Shown: positions 39,601-47,454 of the stretch, piece after piece
How the letters are laid out: each line of letters starts with the position of its first letter
Numbering within the stretch: position 1 is the stretch's first letter
Source: a bacterium
GTDB lineage: Bacteria; JAHJDO01
DNA: 64,000 nucleotides
Reading direction: 5' to 3'
Assembly (NCBI GenBank): GCA_030652805.1
Contig: JAUSPT010000024.1
Location: 37,050 to 101,049, forward strand
Program-made: the position numbers and the translations under genes
Notes under the pieces: generated by a model
Told to the model about the DNA's origin: nothing
The model's input: the letters and a program-made list of their open reading frames with translations, nothing else
Databases searched by the model: none

Positions 39601-39990
39601 ATGCGCGTTAAAATTAACACAAATAGAGATATAAAAAGTAACATGGACATTGCAAGAAAACAGAAGATACCATCTATGACATCAAAGATAGAGGATATAG
39701 TAAAGGCAGAATTGGAAGAAGAATTTGGACCAACATTGACAGAGGAAGAACTCTCTAAAATAGCCCAGAAGGAAAAAGAGAGAAAAGTAAAGCGGGATTT
39801 GGCCTTGAAAAACTCTAGGATGAAAATAATGAGGGTAAAGGAAAAGGCGAGGGAGACTCAGAGGATAAGACAGGAAATAGCTAAGGGGAAAACTTGCCAC
39901 CACATCAAGGATTTTAGCGCGGGGGCAAACCTCAAAGTTAGCGGAGATTCTAGAAAAGAGAGGTTTAAGAAAATGAATATTGAATACTAA
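39601..39990 (+). CDS. hypothetical highly charged protein
   Basis: ORF in gvp locus; K/E/R-rich; no motif recognised. Confidence 0.4.
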   Translation: MRVKINTNRDIKSNMDIARKQKIPSMTSKIEDIVKAELEEEFGPTLTEEELSKIAQKEKERKVKRDLALKNSRMKIMRVKEKARETQRIRQEIAKGKTCHHIKDFSAGANLKVSGDSRKERFKKMNIEY

Positions 39991-40038
39991 TCTTGCTGCA
40001 AGTTGTTTTATTTGTGGATATAAGGGAGGATAAAGGAA

Positions 40039-40605
40039 ATGGATGAAGAAAAAAAGCGAAATCCTGAGAAGCAAAGAGATAAAAAGAAAGAACCTGGTAG
40101 AGAAAAGGAAGAGGGTATAGCAGGAGAAACTCTTAAAGGGATTGGTAAGATGATTCCAGGATTGGGTGGATTGTTCAGGGGTCTGAGAAAATCTCCAGTA
40201 TTCAAAGAAAGATTAAAAAAGATTGATGAAGAAGTAGAGCGCAAGTTGAAGGAAGCTCCCTTAGAAAAGACAGAAAAAGGAAAATTTAAGATAGAGGGAA
40301 AGTTTGAAGCAAGGCATTTAGCTCCAGATAAACCATTTATGAGAAAGGAAGTTTCTCCTCCAATGCCACAGGAAAGGTCAGCAGATATTTTTGACGAGGA
40401 AGATCATATTAAAATAATAGCTGAAATCCCCGGCGTAGATGCAAATGATATAAATCTTAATTTGCAAGGGAATAAACTTACTATATCTGTAGATACCCTT
40501 GACCGTAAATATCATCAGGAATTGAAACTACCCTGCGAACCTAAAGGGGAATTGCAGAAGTCTTATAAGAATGGGATCTTAGAAGTAAAGATAAAAAAGG
40601 AATAA
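40039..40605 (+). CDS. Hsp20/alpha-crystallin-domain protein, GvpH-like (paralog 2)
   Basis: ADIFDEEDHIKIIAEIPGVDANDINLNLQGNKLTISV...QKSYKNGILEVKIKKE. Confidence 0.75.
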   Translation: MDEEKKRNPEKQRDKKKEPGREKEEGIAGETLKGIGKMIPGLGGLFRGLRKSPVFKERLKKIDEEVERKLKEAPLEKTEKGKFKIEGKFEARHLAPDKPFMRKEVSPPMPQERSADIFDEEDHIKIIAEIPGVDANDINLNLQGNKLTISVDTLDRKYHQELKLPCEPKGELQKSYKNGILEVKIKKE

Positions 40606-40629
40606 TTTTTCATTGGAGCAAAATGACAT

Positions 40630-40953
40630 ATGCCAATAGATATTGATGAGGATAATCTAAAACACGGGGTTTTAGGGCTGGTTATTGCTTTAGTGGAGGT
40701 AATTAAAGATGCTCTTAATCTCCAGGCAATGAAACGTATGGAGGGAGGATCTCTTACGGAAGAAGAGATGGAACGATTGGGCGAAGCCCTTATGGATTTA
40801 GATGTGGCAATTGAGGATATAAAAAAGGAACAGGGTGTTACTGAGTCAGTTAAATCCGTAAGGGATGGATTGGATAGTATTGTGGATGATGTATTAGACA
40901 AGATGATAAATCCAGAAAGATGGAGGAAAGAAGCAGAGGAGAAAGGAATTTAA
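40630..40953 (+). CDS. gvpK: gas vesicle protein GvpK
   Basis: GVLGLVIALVEVIKDALNLQAMKRMEGGSLTEEEMERLGEALMDLD matches GvpK signature (GLAKLVLTVVELLR..LERQA.RR...GSLT.EE.ERLGEAL.DLD). Confidence 0.8.
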   Translation: MPIDIDEDNLKHGVLGLVIALVEVIKDALNLQAMKRMEGGSLTEEEMERLGEALMDLDVAIEDIKKEQGVTESVKSVRDGLDSIVDDVLDKMINPERWRKEAEEKGI

Positions 40954-40954
40954 G

Positions 40955-41719
40955 ATGAATGAAGCAAGATATCTTTATTGTATAGCCGATGGAAATAAAA
41001 AGATAACATTTGGCAATATTGGAATAGAGGATAGCGAAGTCTACACTATCCCTTATGAAGATTTATGCGCTGTAGTTCATAATTGTCCTTCAGAGCCCTA
41101 CAAATCAGAGGATAATGAAGTGGTGAAAAAATGGGTAACGGCTCACCAGAAGGTTGTTGATACTGTCTGGGGAAAATTTGGCACTGTCTTACCATTGGGT
41201 TTTGATACCATAATTAAAGGCGAGAAGGGGACTACCCCGGATAAGAATATGAAGAATTGGATTAAAGAAGATTACAAAAATTTAAAAGAAAAGATAGCTA
41301 AGCTTAAAGGCAAGGCTGAGTATGGGGTTCAGATTTCCTGGGACCCTAAGGTGATTGGAGAAAAGTTAATAGAAAGTAATCAAGAGATTAAGAAATTAAA
41401 TGAGGAGATAAAATCCAAATCCAAGGGTCTTGCTTATATGTATAAACAGAAACTGGAGAATCTCTTGAAGAAAGAGATGGAAGTGGAGGCGGAAAGGCAT
41501 TTTAAAGATTTTTACGAGAAAATTAAAAAATGTGCGAATGAAATTAAAGTAGAAAAGACTAAAAAACTTGAAGAAGGAAAACAAATGCTGATAAACCTTT
41601 CTTGTCTTTTACCCAAAGAAAAAAGCAAGGTATTAGGCGAGGAGTTAGAAAAGATTAACGATATGGAAGAATTCTACGTTCGCTTCACTGGTCCCTGGCC
41701 GCCATATAGTTTTGTATAG
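40955..41719 (+). CDS. GvpF/GvpL-family gas vesicle protein (4th paralog)
   Basis: RYLYCIADGNKKITFGNIGIEDSEVYTIPYEDLCAVVH; FTGPWPPYSF. Confidence 0.75.
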   Translation: MNEARYLYCIADGNKKITFGNIGIEDSEVYTIPYEDLCAVVHNCPSEPYKSEDNEVVKKWVTAHQKVVDTVWGKFGTVLPLGFDTIIKGEKGTTPDKNMKNWIKEDYKNLKEKIAKLKGKAEYGVQISWDPKVIGEKLIESNQEIKKLNEEIKSKSKGLAYMYKQKLENLLKKEMEVEAERHFKDFYEKIKKCANEIKVEKTKKLEEGKQMLINLSCLLPKEKSKVLGEELEKINDMEEFYVRFTGPWPPYSFV

Positions 41720-41727
41720 GATAAAAA

Positions 41728-42834
41728 ATGGAACCGACCCGCAATGTTCAGGCAACTTTGGTTGATTTATTGGATAGGATACTGGATAAGGGGCTGGTAA
41801 TCAACGCCGATATTATCATCTCTGTGGCTGGTATTCCTTTAATCGGCGTTAATTTGAGAGCGGCGTTAGCAGGAATGGAGACTATGCTTAAATACGGGGT
41901 GATGCAGTCCTGGGATGAGAAGAGCAGGGCATGGGAGAGGGAACATCAGAAGAAGGCTCTTCCTTCTCTGGTTGAAGGGGAGAAGATCGCCCTGAAAATA
42001 TATGGTTCTTATTATTATAGTAAAGGAATATATAATGCCTGGAAACCAGGCTATTTTTATTTAACTAATAAAAGGCTTATTCTTCACCGTCAGGATTTTG
42101 ATGAAATCACCTTTCAGATACCATTAGAAAAAATAAAAGCATTAATAGTGAAAGAGGAAGAGCATTTTGTTAAAGAAAAGAAAAAACAGGTGCTTTATCT
42201 TATGGATAGACAGGATCAAGCGCATCGGCTTAGCGCAGTAGAGGCAAACCAATTAAAAGAGGCTATTGAACAAAGAATAAAGGATATGGGACTTTGTCTG
42301 GAAGAAAATCCTGTTCTTCCAGAGTTTGTGGATGAGCGAATTGCAGGTTCGCTGATGGAAGAAGAAAAGGTTAGTCATCAAGGGAAGAAAGTGTGGTATT
42401 TAGTGCCGCCTGAAGGAATTCAACAAGAGACCTGGAGACCGGGTCATCTCTATCTTACCAATAAAAGATTATTTTGGTGGTATGATTTTGATAAAAGAAT
42501 AGTTTTTGATGTTTCTGTTGATAAAATAGTTGGCGTTAATGCCGAGATGAGAAAAACAAGCGGTCTTGATAGTAAGAAAGAGAAAATCCTTGATATACTA
42601 TACGGGGTTAATTCAACAAAAAGAACAGCTTCTTTTGCCGGAAAGGAAATAGATGAATGGGCGGAAGCGCTAAACAGGATTGTTCCCGGCAAGATAAATG
42701 AGGAAATCGAAACCTGCCCCCAGTGCGGCAGGCCCGCCCCGGCCAAAGAATTATTAGAAGAGAGTTGCCAGAGCTGTGGCTGGGTCAGCCCTAGATTAAA
42801 AAAGAAGATAGCTCAAGCGGCTTTATCAGCATGA
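41728..42834 (+). CDS. GvpA-family domain fused to two GRAM/PH-like domains and a C-terminal zinc ribbon
   Basis: N-terminus ATLVDLLDRILDKGLVINADIIISVAGIPLIGVNLRAALAGMETMLKYG (GvpA fold); two W(K/R)PG(Y/H)(F/L)YLTNKRL modules (GRAM/bacterial PH signature); CPQCGR...CQSCGW. Confidence 0.7.
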   Translation: MEPTRNVQATLVDLLDRILDKGLVINADIIISVAGIPLIGVNLRAALAGMETMLKYGVMQSWDEKSRAWEREHQKKALPSLVEGEKIALKIYGSYYYSKGIYNAWKPGYFYLTNKRLILHRQDFDEITFQIPLEKIKALIVKEEEHFVKEKKKQVLYLMDRQDQAHRLSAVEANQLKEAIEQRIKDMGLCLEENPVLPEFVDERIAGSLMEEEKVSHQGKKVWYLVPPEGIQQETWRPGHLYLTNKRLFWWYDFDKRIVFDVSVDKIVGVNAEMRKTSGLDSKKEKILDILYGVNSTKRTASFAGKEIDEWAEALNRIVPGKINEEIETCPQCGRPAPAKELLEESCQSCGWVSPRLKKKIAQAALSA

Positions 42835-44039
42835 GAAGTTATTTAGATACTATAAGAAAACCGGTTAATTTACCTTTGCTTCAGGGCGAAGAAGTGCTTA
42901 AGTATTTTACGGCGAGCTACGATGTTGGGAGTTCACTTGCCTCATCCTGGAGACTGGGAAATTTATATCTTACCAATAAGAGACTGCTTTTTGTCCAGGG
43001 AAGAAAGATACTATTTGAGGGCCTGCTCAGCCAAATAAAGACTATAAATATAGTAAAGAGAAGATGGATTTTGGGTAAGAAAGTAAAACAACTAAGTATA
43101 GTATCTGAAGGCAGGAGAGCGCCATATATTGCCATAAAAGACCCTGAAGAATGGAAAAAAGCAATCCTTTCTGATCCACAGTCCCCAGTCCATAACTCGC
43201 AACCTGATGAAGTAATTTTAAAAGGAAGGGGTGGTTATTTAACTCCCGGTCAATCAAAGTGGAGGCTTGGCACTCTTCTCCTTACCAATAAAAAACTCGC
43301 ATTTTCCCAGTTGAGGGGAATTGTATGGGAGACGCCACTCAGCAGTATTAAGGGTTTAAGAATAGAAAAAAGAGTTTACGGGGTCAGTAAAAGTGATGCG
43401 ATATGTGTGGAATATGAATCTTTGGGTGAATTATTAAAAGCATGGATTATATCGCTTAATTTAGAGACTTGGAGAAAAGAGCTATATGAGAGAGTATTAC
43501 TAAAAGTAGATCGGGAGACATTAGATAAAATTGTTACCGAATTGGATCCAGGTTCAAAAGGGATACTCTGGTTTCTTTATGAGAACCGACACGCAAGAAT
43601 CGATATCTTAGCCAAGCTCATAAAGTCTCCTACCCATATGGATGTTTTACTTAAAATAAGGGAGATTATAAACCCAACAGCTGAAAAGCTCATCGGCTAT
43701 CCTATACTCTCATTCGAGAGTTCAAAAGTTGACTGGGAAACTGGCGAGAAAGTTACGTTTAGCTGGTGGCTCGCTGGTCAGCCTTATAGAGAGAAAATGG
43801 AGCCGCTTCTGGACATATTTGATGAGGATGCTGAGCTGGTAGTCTATTTAGAGATGGTAGGTATTAAAGAAGATAAGTTATGCTTAAGTGTGGTGAATAA
43901 CAAACTTATTATTGATGCAGATAAAAATTATCATAAAGAAATTTCTCTTCCCGCAGTGGTTAATACAAATAGTTTTACCAAGAGGTATAAAAATAATATA
44001 TTGGAAGTAAGGTTAAAAAAGGGAAAGTGTAACAGGTGA
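42831..44039 (+). CDS. two GRAM/PH-like domains fused to C-terminal Hsp20/alpha-crystallin domain
   Basis: WRLGNLYLTNKRLLFVQ and WRLGTLLLTNKKLAFSQ modules; C-terminal ACD LLDIFDEDAELVVYLEMVGIKEDKLCLSVVNNKLII...KRYKNNILEVRLKK. Confidence 0.7.
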   Translation: MRSYLDTIRKPVNLPLLQGEEVLKYFTASYDVGSSLASSWRLGNLYLTNKRLLFVQGRKILFEGLLSQIKTINIVKRRWILGKKVKQLSIVSEGRRAPYIAIKDPEEWKKAILSDPQSPVHNSQPDEVILKGRGGYLTPGQSKWRLGTLLLTNKKLAFSQLRGIVWETPLSSIKGLRIEKRVYGVSKSDAICVEYESLGELLKAWIISLNLETWRKELYERVLLKVDRETLDKIVTELDPGSKGILWFLYENRHARIDILAKLIKSPTHMDVLLKIREIINPTAEKLIGYPILSFESSKVDWETGEKVTFSWWLAGQPYREKMEPLLDIFDEDAELVVYLEMVGIKEDKLCLSVVNNKLIIDADKNYHKEISLPAVVNTNSFTKRYKNNILEVRLKKGKCNR

Positions 44040-44716
44040 GAAAACTTATTTATGTGCCGATTATACATATGAGCGCTGACTTAGGCAGTGTTGCCAAGCA
44101 GGTAAATAAAAGAGGTATTGCAGATTTTGGAGAGGAATTCTGGAAGAAACACAGAGAGACTGTGTCCGGCTTTTGGGATTCGATTGTAAAATATTTTGCC
44201 AATTTAGAGGTTAAAGATTTTAAGATATACCAGGATGGCTTGGTAGCTGATGGAGAAGTTGGCCAAAAAATAGTGGAGGAAGGCGTTAAATCCGGCAGTA
44301 AAAATTATGAAGTTATCGATGATTTATTGAAGAAAGGGGGGATTTTAGTCCAGACAGAGGATTTCCCTCTGGTTAAAGAAGAAAGAGATCGTATTGTTAA
44401 AATTACCCAGGCTAAGACGATAACAACGAAGTTAATAGCATATTTAGGATATAGATTGACTAAGGATTGGTTACTAAGGAAAAGAGATAATTATATAGCT
44501 AAGAGGATAGATGAAACTTTAGAACATGGCGGAGAAAAGGGCATCCTCTTTTTAGGTGCATACCACAACATAATACCTGAACTCTCTAAAAAAATTCAGA
44601 TAACTGAGGTAAAGGAAGCAAAAAAAGTAAGGGATTATCAAAGATTGCTTCTCTCATTTAGAAAGAATAAAGAAGAATTTGAAGAGTTAGCAAGATATTT
44701 AATCTCACCAATATAA
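44036..44716 (+). CDS. hypothetical protein, last gene of gvp locus
   Basis: ORF contiguous with cluster (alternative GTG start at 44036, ATG at 44066); no motif recognised. Confidence 0.4.
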   Translation: MRKLIYVPIIHMSADLGSVAKQVNKRGIADFGEEFWKKHRETVSGFWDSIVKYFANLEVKDFKIYQDGLVADGEVGQKIVEEGVKSGSKNYEVIDDLLKKGGILVQTEDFPLVKEERDRIVKITQAKTITTKLIAYLGYRLTKDWLLRKRDNYIAKRIDETLEHGGEKGILFLGAYHNIIPELSKKIQITEVKEAKKVRDYQRLLLSFRKNKEEFEELARYLISPI

Positions 44717-44889
44717 AAGAACCCTTTACTGCTTTTTTCTCTTTCATCGTTAATCCCATAGACCATCTCCTGTTTTAATCTTTTCCCCGCCTTTATATCA
44801 GGAGATAGTCTATAACCTAAATTTTTGTGTAGATTTTTACGTGAGGCAATGATACAATTCCCTGTTAACTAAAATCCGTGGTACTATAA

Positions 44890-44962
<73 letters not shown>

Positions 44963-44992
44963 CAAACTTATCATAACTTTATGGGAGAATAT

Positions 44993-45349
44993 ATGGCAAA
45001 ACACAAAGTTTTTAAAATACATGATAAATTACACGTTACTATAACAAGTAAACAAATAGAATTAACATCTAAACTTAGGGATTATATTCAGCAGAAAACT
45101 TCAAAATTAACAAAATACTTCTCTCATATATCTGACATACACATTATCATAAATGAAGAAAAATATAGACATGTTATAGAAATTAATGCATTAACTAACG
45201 GAATAATAATGCCGGGCAGAGCAGAGCATACAGATGTTCATACAGCGTTTGATAAAGCACTTGCTAAGGTCGAAAACCAAATCAGAAGATATAAGGACAA
45301 AATCGTAACTCATACATCTAAGCAAGAAAAGACAGAGAGTAATTCCTGA
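44993..45349 (+). CDS. hpf: ribosome hibernation promoting factor / sigma54 modulation protein (short form)
   Basis: KVFKIHDKLHVTITSKQIELTSKLRDYIQQKTSKLTKYFSHISDIHIIIN. RaiA/HPF fold; GGGAGA RBS before ATG 44993. Confidence 0.8.
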   Translation: MAKHKVFKIHDKLHVTITSKQIELTSKLRDYIQQKTSKLTKYFSHISDIHIIINEEKYRHVIEINALTNGIIMPGRAEHTDVHTAFDKALAKVENQIRRYKDKIVTHTSKQEKTESNS

Positions 45350-45365
45350 TAAAAAAGGATATAAG

Positions 45366-45839
45366 GTGAGACTAACTGATTTTATTAATAAAGGTGCAGT
45401 TTGTATAGATTTGAAATCAAATGATAAAACAGCTGTGCTTTATGAACTGGTTGATATTCTCCAGAAATCTGGAGGAATTAAAAATGGTAATAGTAATAGA
45501 GAAAAATTGTTTAACATTCTATGTGAGAGAGAGAAACTCGGCAGCACAGGAATTGCTAATAGAGCGGCTATCCCGCATGGAAAATCTGATTTGGTAAAAA
45601 GCATAACCATTGCTATTGGTATTTCTCCTAATGGAGTTGATTTTGATTCTATTGACGGGCAAAAGACATGTATATTCGCTCTTTTAATTGCGCCTCCTAG
45701 CTCTGCAGCTCCTCATTTAAGAGCACTGGCCAGAATAGCCCGTCTTTTTAAAAATAAGACTTTCAGGCATGTTTTAATAAATGCTAAATCTCCAGAAGAC
45801 GTAATAAGACTAATTGCAACAGAAGAGAAAACTCTTTGA
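45366..45839 (+). CDS. ptsN: PTS EIIA-Ntr (nitrogen regulatory IIA)
   Basis: PTS_EIIA_2 domain with phosphorylatable His in AIPHGK; follows hpf as in rpoN operons. Confidence 0.8.
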   Translation: MRLTDFINKGAVCIDLKSNDKTAVLYELVDILQKSGGIKNGNSNREKLFNILCEREKLGSTGIANRAAIPHGKSDLVKSITIAIGISPNGVDFDSIDGQKTCIFALLIAPPSSAAPHLRALARIARLFKNKTFRHVLINAKSPEDVIRLIATEEKTL

Positions 45840-46398
45840 GGGTCCAATGATAAAAGCGGCAGTTAAGACAGAAAAAAGAACAATGACTCATGGAGTTTTA
45901 TTGGATGTGCATGGATCTGGTGTGTTAATTACAGGTAAAAGCGGTGTGGGAAAAAGTGAAGCAGCACTTGATCTGATTACAAGAGGACAGCGGTTGGTTG
46001 CAGATGACGTTGTTAATATTAAATTAGTCGCAGAGAAATTTCTGATGGGCTCCGGGTCTGAACTCACTAAACATAAGATGGAGATCAGAGGTCTGGGCAT
46101 TATAGACGTTTGCGCTATCTTTGGAATAGGAAGCATAAGAAATCGTAAAAGGATAGAATTGGTGATAAAACTTGAACACTGGGACAGCAGTAAGGAATAT
46201 GAAAGATTGGGGCTGGAAGAAAAAATACACTGTATATTGGGGATAGGCATTCCAATGATAATTATTCCTGTAAGGCCTGGACGTAATATTGCAACAATTA
46301 TTGAAGTTGCTACGAAAAATCACAGATTAAGAAGAATGGGTGCTTTTGCAGCAAAAGAGCTGGATGAAGAATTAATTAATATGTCGAAAAATAAATAG
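45814..46398 (+). CDS. hprK: HPr kinase/phosphorylase, C-terminal kinase domain only (short form)
   Basis: Walker A GKSGVGKSE, LVADD, MEIRGLGIIDV...GIG motifs of HprK C-domain; lacks N-terminal domain. Confidence 0.75.
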   Translation: MQQKRKLFEGPMIKAAVKTEKRTMTHGVLLDVHGSGVLITGKSGVGKSEAALDLITRGQRLVADDVVNIKLVAEKFLMGSGSELTKHKMEIRGLGIIDVCAIFGIGSIRNRKRIELVIKLEHWDSSKEYERLGLEEKIHCILGIGIPMIIIPVRPGRNIATIIEVATKNHRLRRMGAFAAKELDEELINMSKNK

Positions 46399-46421
46399 TA
46401 AATTAAGAGAGGAAAAGGTAT

Positions 46422-47183
46422 ATGCGTAAGCCGTTAATAGCTGGGAATTGGAAAATGAATAAAACTGTGAGCGAAGCAGCAGATTTTGCAAATAACTTAA
46501 AGTCAGCATTAAGAGACCTGCAATATGTTGAAATTGTTATATGTCCTGCTTTCGTTGCTTTAAGTGAAGTTAGTAAAATACTGGAAGGAAACAGCGCAAA
46601 GTTAGGTGCTCAGAATATGTATATGCAGGAGAATGGCGCATATACAGGAGAAATATCGCCTCTAATGTTAAAGGAACTGGGTTGCAGGTATGTTATAATA
46701 GGGCATTCTGAAAGGAGAGAATATTTTAAGGAAGATAATAAATTAATTAATGCTAAGATAAAGTTGGCCTTAAAATACCAATTGCGTCCAATTTTGTGCG
46801 TTGGCGAAACTCTCTCAGAATACCAAAACAATCAAACTATTGATATTGTAAAAACAGAAATTAGAGAGGGTTTAGCTGGTATAGATGAGGAGCAAATGAG
46901 TCAAGTAGCTATTGCATATGAGCCGATTTGGGCTATTGGAACAGGGGAAACCGCTACTCCAGATGATGCTAATAGAGTTCATAAGATTATAAGAAAGATT
47001 ATATCAGAGATGTTTGATGCTAAAACTGGCGAAAAAACGAGAATACAGTATGGAGGCAGTGTAAAACCAGATAATATAAGCGCTTTGATGGAAAAATCCG
47101 ACATAGACGGGGCTTTAGTAGGTGGAGCAAGTTTGTCTGTTGAATCATTTATAAGAATAGTCAATTATGATAAAAAAGACTGA
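46422..47183 (+). CDS. tpiA: triosephosphate isomerase
   Basis: IAGNWKMNKT, IIGHSERR, AYEPIWAIGTG, GGSV. Confidence 0.9.
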   Translation: MRKPLIAGNWKMNKTVSEAADFANNLKSALRDLQYVEIVICPAFVALSEVSKILEGNSAKLGAQNMYMQENGAYTGEISPLMLKELGCRYVIIGHSERREYFKEDNKLINAKIKLALKYQLRPILCVGETLSEYQNNQTIDIVKTEIREGLAGIDEEQMSQVAIAYEPIWAIGTGETATPDDANRVHKIIRKIISEMFDAKTGEKTRIQYGGSVKPDNISALMEKSDIDGALVGGASLSVESFIRIVNYDKKD

Positions 47184-47448
47184 TATAAAAAGAATAGTTG
47201 TTATAAAGAATACGCTTGGTCTGCATGCAAGACCAGCAGCTTTATTTGTTCAACTTGCTAATAAATTTCAATCGGAGATTTTTGTAGAGAAAAAAGAGCA
47301 AAAAGTAAATGGGAAAAGCATCATGGGAATAATGACATTGGCTGCTGGCAAAGGGCAGAAAATAACTATAATAGCAGACGGAAATGATGCTGAAAAAGCT
47401 GTAAAGGCCTTAGAAAAATTACTTAAAGATAAATTTGGAGAGGAGTAA
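47167..47448 (+). CDS. ptsH: phosphocarrier protein HPr/NPr
   Basis: NTLGLHARPAA with His15; Ser46 region KSIMGIM. Confidence 0.85.
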   Translation: MIKKTDIKRIVVIKNTLGLHARPAALFVQLANKFQSEIFVEKKEQKVNGKSIMGIMTLAAGKGQKITIIADGNDAEKAVKALEKLLKDKFGEE

Positions 47449-47454
47449 ACTAGA

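Noticed and set aside
44760-44800. ATCTCCTG...CAGGAGAT inverted repeat after the last gvp gene as a terminator
   Set aside because: 8-bp stem but 26-nt loop and no following T-tract; not a convincing intrinsic terminator
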